Of a DNA stretch of 64,000 bases, positions 18,948 to 28,175 are shown piece after piece. The DNA lies in the IMG/VR virus record IMGVR_UViG_3300050156_000143, positions 192,001 to 256,000 of that record; one strand, 5' to 3'. The notes under the pieces were generated by a model. That model had not been told where the DNA came from. It searched no databases and worked only from the letters and a program-made list of their open reading frames with translations. This stretch comes from a virus (taxonomy: Duplodnaviria; Caudoviricetes). Within the stretch, counting starts at the first letter, position 1. Each line of letters opens with the position of its first letter. Position numbers and translations under genes: made by a program.

Positions 18948-19277
18948 ATGTTTGAGCTATACTTGTCTCAACTTTTGGAGAGCACCTTGTTTCAGCACCG
19001 TTTTGCCCATGATGATGTTCCTGCGATGCGTTTCATGCGTTTGGTGGAAAGAGTGTGTCATAAACATGATTTGAGCGTGTTGGAACTGATAAACGCACAT
19101 TCTCAGGAAACTTGTTACGACACGCTGATTCGATTTTGTGACCAACAATCGCTCACCCGTTTCAAAACAATGGCCCAAACCGATTTGTCACCCGTGAGTG
19201 ACATTGACGTGATGAAAACCATCGAACTGGTGTTCGCCCAAGAGATCGGTGAATTTGGTCGGCCACAATCTCTTTGA
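18948..19277 (+). CDS. hypothetical protein
   Basis: 109-aa ORF. Confidence 0.6.
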   Translation: MFELYLSQLLESTLFQHRFAHDDVPAMRFMRLVERVCHKHDLSVLELINAHSQETCYDTLIRFCDQQSLTRFKTMAQTDLSPVSDIDVMKTIELVFAQEIGEFGRPQSL

Positions 19278-19290
19278 ATTTCACTGATTA

Positions 19291-19719
19291 CTAGGCAGCC
19301 GATTGACCAGTGCTGCCAATTCGTTTGATTGCACCGTCGATTGTTGCCATGCTGTCATCAAAATCGTCGTCGTTGTCTTTGATACGATCTAGAGCGGTGT
19401 TGATGGATGAGATGCCGTCGTCAAACCCATCAGCAACATTATCTGCCATCAATTGTTTTTCAATGCGTTTGAGCGCACCACGAACTTTGTTCATGTTGAC
19501 CATAGTAGCTGACCGCCATTTTTTTCGGTCTGCTGGGTCTTTGAATTTGTTCACAATGGCAAGTGCTTTCTTGCAGTGAGTCATGCGTTTGATTGCGTCA
19601 TCGATGTCGGAAATCTGGGAGGCATCAACAACTTCCTGGAGTTGTTCAAGACCATGAGAGTAACTCTCATCGAGACGGCGCACATTGGCAAGTTTTAAGA
19701 GTTGAGTAAGTTCATCCAT
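19291..19719 (-). CDS. hypothetical late protein
   Basis: TAAATA (19724-19729, minus) 4 nt before ATG; RLDES motif near N-terminus. Confidence 0.75.
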   Translation of the reverse strand: MDELTQLLKLANVRRLDESYSHGLEQLQEVVDASQISDIDDAIKRMTHCKKALAIVNKFKDPADRKKWRSATMVNMNKVRGALKRIEKQLMADNVADGFDDGISSINTALDRIKDNDDDFDDSMATIDGAIKRIGSTGQSAA

Positions 19720-19855
19720 TTGTTATTTAGGATAGGAGCGAATATATGTTATATCGGGTAGTTTTCAGTGTGCTTATCATGGTGACAATTGGTGCCACCG
19801 TAGCATTCCAACAGGGTGTTGACCTCGTGGGTATCGTCAAAACTGTAATTTCACA

Positions 19856-20194
19856 ATGAGGAAAACGTCAATGGACACGATTGAAACGATTGGCCGTCAA
19901 GATGCCGTGGGTTATTTTTTACTGGTGGCTGTCAGTGCCCAGCAACACAGTGACGGAAAAACCATCGACCGGATTGGGCAAGCACCGTATTCAGCACAAT
20001 TGCTGGTGAACGGGGTGGAAGTCCCATTCGTCGAAACGGTCGTTGAAATTTTCAAACGAATGAATGCCAATATTGACGACAAAGTGGACGCACGGATTGC
20101 TGAGTTTGTCGCCTCAAAATTCGGCAAACTGCAAACGGCAATTGACGAAGCCACCAATCTGATCACCAACGCAGCTAACACACTGAAGGAATGA
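19856..20194 (+). CDS. hypothetical protein
   Basis: 112-aa ORF. Confidence 0.65.
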   Translation: MRKTSMDTIETIGRQDAVGYFLLVAVSAQQHSDGKTIDRIGQAPYSAQLLVNGVEVPFVETVVEIFKRMNANIDDKVDARIAEFVASKFGKLQTAIDEATNLITNAANTLKE

Positions 20195-21936
20195 ATATGT
20201 CTGATTTTACCAAGTATGTGGCCACGATTCAGGCCCGTGTTGAATCCATTTTGGGACAAGGTACTCCAATTTTCACTACCGATGTTCAAAACTTGTGGGA
20301 AATTTACCTAGACGGTTTTGCCACCCTAGAACAACGGCAATACCACAACTGCAATTGCTGCAAGTCGTTTATCCGCAAGTACGGGCACCTCGCGTATGTT
20401 GATAATGGACAATTGGTGCCGTTATTTTGGGATGAAGCAGAAGCAATCGATCGCTACAAGGCAACCGTCAGCGGCATGGTCAGCGTATTGAAGAACGCTA
20501 GCATCACGGGTGTGTTTGTATCGTCGGATAAACAATGGGGTCGCGTGTTTGAAGGCGGGTGGGATCATTTTGGATTCACTCAGCCAATCCCATATGTGGA
20601 ATCCCCGACCAAAGCCGCTCATCAAGCGATCGCTGAGTTTTCTGAAAACCACAAGATGGTGATGCACGCGCATGCCACCATTAACCAAAATGACGTCAAA
20701 ACTGCGATCACATTGCTGGAAAGCGGGTCATTGGACTATGGTGACAAATATGCCAAGTCGCTGAAGTGGTTTTATTCCACTTACCGCGCATCAAATAATA
20801 ATTTGTGGCAACTGGTGGCCAGCGCCAAACCAGGCTATTACAATCCTGCCAACGGTATGACGGGTGCATTGTTGGAAATGATTGCTGCCAAAACGGATAT
20901 TACCAAATTGACCGCATCATGGAATGACATGGTTTCCCCCATGCGTTACATGCGTGCGACCGTTGACCCCAGTGATGGAAACTTGGCGCAAGCTGAACAA
21001 ATCATTGCCAAACATGGGCTGGTGAAATCTTTGGCTCGGCGTTATGCCACATTGGATGACATCCAAACGTTCTGGAAATCAAATGATACAAAGAAGGTGG
21101 TCTCTGGCCCCGTATTTGGTCATTTGACCCCCAAGGTGAAAAAACAAGTGATCCCAGATTTGAATCTACCTGCGTCTACCATGACTTGGGAAAATCGCAA
21201 CGACCTTGATTTGCATATGATTACCCCACGTGGGGAACACATTTATTTTGCCGATATGAAATCCCGGTGTGGTGGATGGTTGGATATTGACATGAACCGT
21301 TCCGGGGAAACTGTTACCCCGGTGGAAAACATTCGCTGGGACAAGGGTGCTGCACCGTCTGGCACATATCGAGTCCACATTAATAATTATCGGTTCCATG
21401 AACCATCGCGCCAACCTACCCCGTTCAAGGTGGAGATTGAAGCTGATGGAAAAATTTATCAGTTTGGCGGGACATGTCATGGTCAGGGGACGAGCGGCAA
21501 CGTACAAATCGCCACAATTGTTTGGCAACCTGGGCGAACAATTGTCACCGGTAGTACAAATGTCACCTCGACCGTGAGTGGCGGAAATTGGGGCGTGCGC
21601 CCTGGTCAGTGGGTGAAAGTGAATGCGTTGGCGAAATCTCCAAACTCGTGGGACTCCGATGAGGTTCGCTCAAATCATCACATCATGTTCATTTTACAAG
21701 GGTGCAAAGATGCGGCAAATGGTGTTGGGCGAAGTTTTTTTACCGAGATGCTCAAATCTGAGTTGCACCCGATTCGTTCAACCTTGGAAGCATTTGCCAA
21801 GAACGCTGTGATCGAAGACGCCGAGTCCAACAGCGCATGCGGACTAGGGTTTACTCCACAAGTTGACTGGAATTTGCGTCTAAAAGTCATGACCCGAGAC
21901 TCGGTGCGGGAAATTCTGATCGACCGTTTCGACTAA
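20191..21936 (+). CDS. conserved phage protein with internal YfaP/DUF2135-like domain
   Basis: N-terminal RQYHNCNCCKSFI; internal NDLDLHMITP...GGWLDIDMN...PVENIRW. Confidence 0.75.
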   Translation: MNMSDFTKYVATIQARVESILGQGTPIFTTDVQNLWEIYLDGFATLEQRQYHNCNCCKSFIRKYGHLAYVDNGQLVPLFWDEAEAIDRYKATVSGMVSVLKNASITGVFVSSDKQWGRVFEGGWDHFGFTQPIPYVESPTKAAHQAIAEFSENHKMVMHAHATINQNDVKTAITLLESGSLDYGDKYAKSLKWFYSTYRASNNNLWQLVASAKPGYYNPANGMTGALLEMIAAKTDITKLTASWNDMVSPMRYMRATVDPSDGNLAQAEQIIAKHGLVKSLARRYATLDDIQTFWKSNDTKKVVSGPVFGHLTPKVKKQVIPDLNLPASTMTWENRNDLDLHMITPRGEHIYFADMKSRCGGWLDIDMNRSGETVTPVENIRWDKGAAPSGTYRVHINNYRFHEPSRQPTPFKVEIEADGKIYQFGGTCHGQGTSGNVQIATIVWQPGRTIVTGSTNVTSTVSGGNWGVRPGQWVKVNALAKSPNSWDSDEVRSNHHIMFILQGCKDAANGVGRSFFTEMLKSELHPIRSTLEAFAKNAVIEDAESNSACGLGFTPQVDWNLRLKVMTRDSVREILIDRFD

Positions 21937-21965
21937 ATCCTGACCAAAATGGTGGGCAATGGTAC

Positions 21966-22208
21966 ATGCCAATGTTTTCTGCTATAGTTCACCACATCGC
22001 AACACACCTTGAAGGACATTTTATGGAATACGTCTACATCGCATGGGGCATTGGCGCATGGTTCACCTTGGGGGCGCTATTAGAGATGTTCCCCACTGCG
22101 CCATTCCTTGGAAAAATCCTGGTCGCGCTGATTGTTTGGCCATTTGCACTGGGAAAGATTGTGGGTTACATTGGTTCGCACGTTACTGGGAAAATTGATC
22201 TGAAATGA
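21966..22208 (+). CDS. small membrane protein
   Basis: two TM segments ending IVWPFALG; true start probably ATG 22023. Confidence 0.6.
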   Translation: MPMFSAIVHHIATHLEGHFMEYVYIAWGIGAWFTLGALLEMFPTAPFLGKILVALIVWPFALGKIVGYIGSHVTGKIDLK

Positions 22209-22231
22209 TGGTCAACGGTGTTTCACCACGG

Positions 22232-22251
22232 GGGGCTTCGGCCCCTTTTTT
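22232..22251 (+). terminator. intrinsic terminator
   Basis: GGGGC-TTCG-GCCCC-TTTTTT. Confidence 0.88.
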
Positions 22252-22382
22252 CATTGTGGACAGCAAAATAATCCCCACAGTTGCCGTCAGGTTTTACACA
22301 CGGGTTGCGTTAGACATTCGTTTCGGTTAAAGTTCACTACATGGACGGCGCACAATGTGCCAACAACCAAGAGGACACAATC

Positions 22383-22766
22383 ATGACTACTATTGACCAT
22401 CTGATCCAAATTGCCACCACAAAACTGAAAAACGCTACCGAAAAAATCACAAAAACGGGCGAGCAATTTTCCGCCGATCCGTTTGAAGCATTGTTGTGGG
22501 GCGATGGTGTGGTGAAAGCTGCCGCTGACCAATTGGTGTGGAAGCGTTTTCTGAATGCTGCTAAAAACACCCATCACGATCCCCAGACATTTTGCGTGGA
22601 ATATGTCTCCAACTTGATGCGGACAACCATGCTCGCTGTGATGGATGGGAACAATAGCTCCAGCCCGATGGCGAACATCATGCGGTCTGCCGAAAGTGCT
22701 GCACGAGTTAGTTTGATCGACGAATTGGTGAGTCGTGGGCTTGTTGACCACGTTTTGCTTCGCTGA
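22383..22766 (+). CDS. hypothetical protein, paralogue of 22774-23139
   Basis: GAGGA SD; DPFEALLW...FCVEYVSNL. Confidence 0.7.
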   Translation: MTTIDHLIQIATTKLKNATEKITKTGEQFSADPFEALLWGDGVVKAAADQLVWKRFLNAAKNTHHDPQTFCVEYVSNLMRTTMLAVMDGNNSSSPMANIMRSAESAARVSLIDELVSRGLVDHVLLR

Positions 22767-22773
22767 AGATCAA

Positions 22774-23139
22774 ATGAAACGCAAGTGCAAATTTAATCCC
22801 AAAATGGTGGCAAAAAATGCGTTGAAACGGATTCAAGCCACCATTTTTCGATGCGAAACCTCGATGTCCGAATGCCCGAATGAGGCGATGGAGTGGCAAG
22901 ATGAATTGGCATACGCAATTGCTGAAAAGAAAGTGTGGTCTGACGTCTCAGACGCCATGACATCTGCGAATGATTTTACCAGCAAATTTTGCATAAAGTA
23001 TGTTGCCAACCTTGAACGCACGGTGAACGCCAGGGTGGAATTCAATGGTGGGGTGGCAGACAATTTGGATATGGCTGCCTCACGAATGATTGATCGCATC
23101 AATTTAACCATGAACCGCAAACGTCGGAGAACACAATGA
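22774..23139 (+). CDS. hypothetical protein, paralogue of 22383-22766
   Basis: CPNEAMEW...FCIKYVANL. Confidence 0.7.
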   Translation: MKRKCKFNPKMVAKNALKRIQATIFRCETSMSECPNEAMEWQDELAYAIAEKKVWSDVSDAMTSANDFTSKFCIKYVANLERTVNARVEFNGGVADNLDMAASRMIDRINLTMNRKRRRTQ

Positions 23140-23432
23140 GCAAAACTGTGGTAGATTCTGGTGCGTTAATGATGGCGATCAACGTTCTTCGCCGGAATGG
23201 AAAATCCGAAGTGGCGGACGAATTGTTGAGCACCGCAGTCAGAACCAATGGCGGGTGGATTGATGTTGAGCTGGCCCCAAAAGACGGGAGTGCGATCGAT
23301 TTATTGGCCGAAACGTTTCGGCTACCGGATTGCGGGTGGGATGGCGACAAGTGGGTCTGTGAATGGTACACAGATGGAATTATCCCGCCGGAGTTATACG
23401 CACGTATCACACATTTCAGACATATTGAATAA
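23136..23432 (+). CDS. hypothetical protein (DUF551-like C-terminus)
   Basis: WIDVELAPKDG...ITHFRHI. Confidence 0.7.
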   Translation: MSKTVVDSGALMMAINVLRRNGKSEVADELLSTAVRTNGGWIDVELAPKDGSAIDLLAETFRLPDCGWDGDKWVCEWYTDGIIPPELYARITHFRHIE

Positions 23433-23471
23433 CTTGGAGATCATTGTGTTTAATATTTCAGGATGGGCAGA

Positions 23472-23798
23472 ATGACTGACTTCACCGTGCAAAACATGTC
23501 CGCCAGGTATCAACGCCGGGTGCAAAAAATGGAATACCCAAATTCCAGTTTACAGTGGGAGTGCATGAACGCAATCACGGATGCTGTGGATAACCGATGT
23601 GCCCGTACACTGTTCATAAAACGTTACTACACAACATTGGAATTATCTGAACTGCACAAAATGCGCAAACTGTTGAAAGACCGTGGGTTTCATTGTGTTG
23701 AACACCCTAATGTCCACGCTGATCGCACACTGTGGGACATTTTGCGTAGACGGACGCCGATGATCTATCAACTTGAGATAAGCGGATGGGCATCGTGA
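23472..23798 (+). CDS. hypothetical protein ending LEISGWAS
   Basis: 108 aa from ATG 23472. Confidence 0.65.
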   Translation: MTDFTVQNMSARYQRRVQKMEYPNSSLQWECMNAITDAVDNRCARTLFIKRYYTTLELSELHKMRKLLKDRGFHCVEHPNVHADRTLWDILRRRTPMIYQLEISGWAS

Positions 23799-24055
23799 AA
23801 TACTCTCTGAGCGACGCTATCTTAGACTTCCATCCAATTTTGGCCAAGTCCTGGCGGGACACTTTAGTCAACATCCAGACCGCAGTACACACTGGTTTGG
23901 ATGTTTGTGTGCTAACATTCCCACCAGAGTTCGACGCTCGTCTACTCAACGACATCCGACACCGACTGATCGCCGATTGCTACATTGTGACTGCCCCGTC
24001 AAAACACAATGGCAACTGGGCGATTGAAGTGAGTGGGTGGGCAATTTTATCGTAA
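23795..24055 (+). CDS. hypothetical protein ending IEVSGWAILS
   Basis: GTGA-coupled to previous gene. Confidence 0.6.
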   Translation: MKYSLSDAILDFHPILAKSWRDTLVNIQTAVHTGLDVCVLTFPPEFDARLLNDIRHRLIADCYIVTAPSKHNGNWAIEVSGWAILS

Positions 24056-24075
24056 CCTTAGTAAAAGGACAAACC

Positions 24076-26271
24076 GTGGAAAACAAAGAATTGAAACTGG
24101 TCATTGACTATGCGACGAAAACTGCAAAAGAAAATAAAGCAGAATATTGCACCAGCGAGCACTTTTTGCTCGCATTGTGTGCTTTTGATCCGTTTCTGAA
24201 AAAGGCGCTCGAATTTGGTGCGGATGTATCCAACATGGTGACGGAAATCTCTGAGCACCTGAAATGCCTCCCCACGGTTGAAAAGCGTAGTGAGGCCGGT
24301 ATCGCCACTGCTGGTTTCACACGGGTGGCGCAACGCGCCTATGTGCAAGCAAACGCTCAAACCCGTGAAGTGGGCGTGGCTGACATGTTTATCGCCATCG
24401 TGGGCGAAAAGGATTCTCACGCTGCCTATTTCTGCAACAAATATGGGCTGACGCACGCAGAATTCTACCCGTTCTTGACTGGTGTATCGACTACAAGTTC
24501 CCCTGCCGATGTCGCAAAGGCATCCAAAGTGTTGGAGCAATATTGCGAGAATTTGACCGCAAAGGCAGCTACTGGGGGTATTGAGCCAGTGATTGGCCGA
24601 GAAACCGAGATTGACACGATTTTCCATGTGTTGGCTAAGAAATACAAACCCAATGTGTTGTTGGTGGGCGACCCTGGCGTGGGCAAAACGAAGATCGCTG
24701 AGGGGATTGCACTCAAGATTCATGAAAAAACGGTGCCGACTTTCATTGAAAATCGTGAAGTTTGGACACTGGACATCGGTTCATTGCTCGCTGGCACCAA
24801 ATACCGGGGTGAGTTTGAAGAAAAGGTGAAAGAGATTCTGACGGCATTGCAGGATAAGGGCAATGTCATTTTGTTCATCGATGAGGCGCACTCCATGCGT
24901 GGGGCGGGTAGTTCGTCCGGTGGCGGCCCTGATATGTCCAACATGTTCAAACCTGCTTTGGCCAGCGGCAAGATCATGGTGATCGCCAGCACTACCTGGG
25001 ATGAGTTCTATCAGTCGTTTGAGAAAGACCATGCACTGATGCGCCGTTTCGAGCGGGTGTCGGTGGATGAACCTGGCCGAGAATCTGCTATCAAAATTGT
25101 TTCCGGCGTCGCGCCCCGTTTGGAAGAGTTTCACGGCGTTGTGATTCCCGATGAAGTGGTGGTGTCGGCAGTGGACAACGCAATTCGGTATTTGCCAACT
25201 ACAAAAAACCCGGATAAGTCCATCGGATTGCTTGACGCAGTTTGCACCCGATACCGCGTAGCTGGCGAAAAGGGTACTGTCACTGTGCAAGACGTGATCG
25301 CTCAAATTGAGAAACAAACTGGTATCGCTGCTGATAAGTTGAGCGGCGACAATGTGGAGCGAATGGCCAATCTGGAAAACAACTTGAAGGGCAAACTGTT
25401 TGGACAGGATGCCGCCATCGGGAAAATTGTTGACCGAGTTTGCCTGGCATTCAGTGGCATGGGTTCCCAGAAAAAGCCTATGGCCAGCTTTTTGTTTACC
25501 GGGCCAAGCGGTTGTGGCAAAACTGAATTGTGCAAGCAACTGAGCGAAATGTTGGCAATGCCGCTCATCCGATACGACATGAGCGAGTTCAGCGAGCGCC
25601 ACACTCTGAGTGCGCTGATTGGATCACCTCCTGGGTATGTTGGTTATGGTGAAGGTGCAGCCGGGAATGGCAGGTTGATCACGGATGTTCGCAAACGGCC
25701 ATATTCCATCTTGCTGTTTGATGAGTTCGAGAAAGGCCACCCAGACATTTACAACATTTTTCTGCAAATGTTGGACGAGGGAACTGTCACCTCATCCGCA
25801 GGAATGAAAGTTGATGTCAGCAATTGCATCATCGTGATGACCACCAACCTGGGCGCGGCGGACAACGAGCGTGCAGTTATCGGGTTTGCAAATCAGGCAC
25901 GTAACGCTGAAGACAAGGCGCTGAAAGACTTCATGCGCCCAGAGTTGCGAAATCGATTAGATGAAATTGTGAAGTTTAATAAACTTTCCCCAGAATCGGT
26001 TAAAGAAGTAGTTCGCAAGTTTCTGGGCATCTTGCAGAAACAAGTGGTGGACACGGGCATCACTTTGTCATACACGGACAATGTGGTTGACATGATTGCG
26101 GAAAAGGGGTTTGACCCAGTGTTAGGAGCACGTCCGATTAGTCGCAAAATTGATGAACTCGTGCGGGTGCCGTTGAGCCGCAAGGTGATGTTTGAACGGT
26201 TGCGAAACGCTGAAGTGCATGTTTCTGTCAGTGACGGTAAATTTGAGTTCAACGTGACGCAAAAGGTGTAA
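24076..26271 (+). CDS. clpA: ClpA-type AAA+ unfoldase
   Basis: N-domain EHFLLAL; GDPGVGKT, LFIDEAH, GTKYRGEFE; GPSGCGKT, PPGYVGY, LLFDEFEK; IGF loop; no middle domain. Confidence 0.95.
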   Translation: MENKELKLVIDYATKTAKENKAEYCTSEHFLLALCAFDPFLKKALEFGADVSNMVTEISEHLKCLPTVEKRSEAGIATAGFTRVAQRAYVQANAQTREVGVADMFIAIVGEKDSHAAYFCNKYGLTHAEFYPFLTGVSTTSSPADVAKASKVLEQYCENLTAKAATGGIEPVIGRETEIDTIFHVLAKKYKPNVLLVGDPGVGKTKIAEGIALKIHEKTVPTFIENREVWTLDIGSLLAGTKYRGEFEEKVKEILTALQDKGNVILFIDEAHSMRGAGSSSGGGPDMSNMFKPALASGKIMVIASTTWDEFYQSFEKDHALMRRFERVSVDEPGRESAIKIVSGVAPRLEEFHGVVIPDEVVVSAVDNAIRYLPTTKNPDKSIGLLDAVCTRYRVAGEKGTVTVQDVIAQIEKQTGIAADKLSGDNVERMANLENNLKGKLFGQDAAIGKIVDRVCLAFSGMGSQKKPMASFLFTGPSGCGKTELCKQLSEMLAMPLIRYDMSEFSERHTLSALIGSPPGYVGYGEGAAGNGRLITDVRKRPYSILLFDEFEKGHPDIYNIFLQMLDEGTVTSSAGMKVDVSNCIIVMTTNLGAADNERAVIGFANQARNAEDKALKDFMRPELRNRLDEIVKFNKLSPESVKEVVRKFLGILQKQVVDTGITLSYTDNVVDMIAEKGFDPVLGARPISRKIDELVRVPLSRKVMFERLRNAEVHVSVSDGKFEFNVTQKV

Positions 26272-26276
26272 TCAAC

Positions 26277-26906
26277 ATGAGGGGCAAATCGCCCCTCCAC
26301 TTTTATATGGACATTGTAAAAAAACAGACCCTGTATTACGGGAAATACCAATACCGTGTTGATCTGGGGGCAATCAACGGATCAAAATCAGTACGTATTT
26401 CTAAATTCCGAAAATTGTATAACGAATATACCAAAGATTTGTGCGTTTGGTACGACAGTCACAAAAATGTTGCAAGAACCATGACGTTCAGGGATTACGC
26501 ACTATCACATGACACGGTGATATTATTTGTGCAAAATGATGCCACATTGAACGACCTACTAACAATATGCAATCGCCACAGTCAAACTCCTACGTCAATC
26601 ACAAAATGTGAACAATCCGGTGTCCCCAATGTGATTTATCATGTTGCCCCCACGTTCGCACACCGGATTTATCTCATTTTACCCAAGAGCGATGATGATA
26701 CGTACTATGAATTGCTGAAGTGGGCGAGTATGATGGGGGCCAATATTCGATGTGATCACCAGGATTGTTGGCGTGGGCACACCGGACGGACAGTTCGCAC
26801 TATGAAATGGATCGACGTAAAAACAGATGAGGATAAGACTGCGTTTTTGCTAACATTCGGCAGTAATGTGAGCGAATCGGTGGAAATACGAAAGAGGCCG
26901 TGGTGA
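26277..26906 (+). CDS. hypothetical protein (C-terminal AxFxL motif family)
   Basis: 209 aa, ends DKTAFLLTFGSNV... Confidence 0.7.
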   Translation: MRGKSPLHFYMDIVKKQTLYYGKYQYRVDLGAINGSKSVRISKFRKLYNEYTKDLCVWYDSHKNVARTMTFRDYALSHDTVILFVQNDATLNDLLTICNRHSQTPTSITKCEQSGVPNVIYHVAPTFAHRIYLILPKSDDDTYYELLKWASMMGANIRCDHQDCWRGHTGRTVRTMKWIDVKTDEDKTAFLLTFGSNVSESVEIRKRPW

Positions 26907-26939
26907 GCTAAATATCGCAAAGGATATCGATCACCCCCT

Positions 26940-27530
26940 ATGAAAATCTCAGAATTATTGTCAGAAGCTCGCAATCCAAAATGGACGTATACTCCCACCA
27001 AAGTCCAAGGAGTGTTGGATCGTGTGACTATCAAGTTGAACGAATCTGAATCTCCACAATTGACCAAATTGGCGCACCGGATTGCTCAACTACGGGAAAC
27101 CACCGAGCGCATGGAGCTTTTGGAACGAGAGTTGACTGCCACAGTCAAGGATGAGATGCGCGAAGTTTTTGATGCAGAAGATATTGCACTTACTCGGGTA
27201 GTGGAAACTGCAAAGTTCGTTTTGACTCTGAGTAAAGAAGAAACTGCTGCAATGAAGTCCCCAACATCAAAAACCAATTATGAATCGGTAGTAAAAGATT
27301 TGGTCAAAATGATGCCAGAGTTGCAAGAAAAGTTGGACGAACTGATTAAACTGCATACCAAGATCGAACAACCCAAGGATACGGTGGCAAAATTGTCGGT
27401 CAAGCCGGTTAAACTTGACGAGAACATTGGAGTAACTCTGATGCGGCTGATTTCCCAAACATATAAGAAAATTGTGTCATGGGCGCAAACTTATGACAAT
27501 AGGTTAGAAGCATTGAAAGCACGCATTTAA
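26940..27530 (+). CDS. hypothetical late/virion protein
   Basis: TAAATA at 26909-26914; N-terminus MKISELLSEA. Confidence 0.75.
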   Translation: MKISELLSEARNPKWTYTPTKVQGVLDRVTIKLNESESPQLTKLAHRIAQLRETTERMELLERELTATVKDEMREVFDAEDIALTRVVETAKFVLTLSKEETAAMKSPTSKTNYESVVKDLVKMMPELQEKLDELIKLHTKIEQPKDTVAKLSVKPVKLDENIGVTLMRLISQTYKKIVSWAQTYDNRLEALKARI

Positions 27531-27549
27531 CCTTATTTTCTCCAACCTG

Positions 27550-27575
27550 AAAAAAGTGGCCTAGGCCACTTTTTT
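27550..27575. terminator. palindromic intrinsic terminator
   Basis: AAAAAAGTGGCCTAGGCCACTTTTTT. Confidence 0.85.
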
Positions 27576-27591
27576 GCATTAGAATCCCATC

Positions 27592-27909
27592 ATGATATTC
27601 AAACTAGCATCGCCAATAGAAACTACCTGGGACAATCTGCCCGATTTGCTTGAACATTCAGTCAAAGACATGGTTCCACCACTTTGGGACACAATAGTTC
27701 AAAACGGGTGGGAAAATAGAGTAAAAATACACGACGTGTCGATGGCTCCGTCGGTGCAATTTTACACTCTCCCGCATCCCACTATTAGTGCGGCATTCAT
27801 GATGCAGACCAAGTCGGTGTATATCAAGCGTGTTGTTTCCATCAAAGTCGATGGTGTTACCGAAAATGATCCAGCGGCAATTCATTTTTTACTAACGTAT
27901 TGCACATAA
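27592..27909 (+). CDS. hypothetical protein (C-terminal AxFxL motif family)
   Basis: ends DPAAIHFLLTYCT. Confidence 0.65.
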   Translation: MIFKLASPIETTWDNLPDLLEHSVKDMVPPLWDTIVQNGWENRVKIHDVSMAPSVQFYTLPHPTISAAFMMQTKSVYIKRVVSIKVDGVTENDPAAIHFLLTYCT

Positions 27910-28175
27910 TGATCGCCAAACTGAATAAACCATGTTCTGGGCTGTTTCATCGGGAATTGTTCAATCACGAGATCGAAATATTGTTGTCGAAAATATATCA
28001 AGAATTGGTGAAATATGATCTGGTAAATCACGTGCGTGCGTCCCATCCGTGGCTATTTTATGTTTCACATATTCCACATAAAACTCTGTATTATGAAACA
28101 ACTGAAATCGACATTGACGACTCGGTTTTGCATTTGCCTAATACCATTGCATTCTTACTGCTTCATTGCTCATGA
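27900..28175 (+). CDS. hypothetical protein (C-terminal AxFxL motif family)
   Basis: ends NTIAFLLLHCS. Confidence 0.6.
   Translation: MHIMIAKLNKPCSGLFHRELFNHEIEILLSKIYQELVKYDLVNHVRASHPWLFYVSHIPHKTLYYETTEIDIDDSVLHLPNTIAFLLLHCS

Noticed and set aside
24076-26271. ClpB/ClpC assignment
   Set aside because: No coiled-coil middle domain and an IGF loop is present, so ClpA-type
24058-26351. Long minus-strand ORFs (e.g. 24058-24723, 24781-25602, 22287-22751, 35182-35772) and similar shadow ORFs
   Set aside because: Antisense shadows of well-supported + strand genes, with no motifs, SD or promoter
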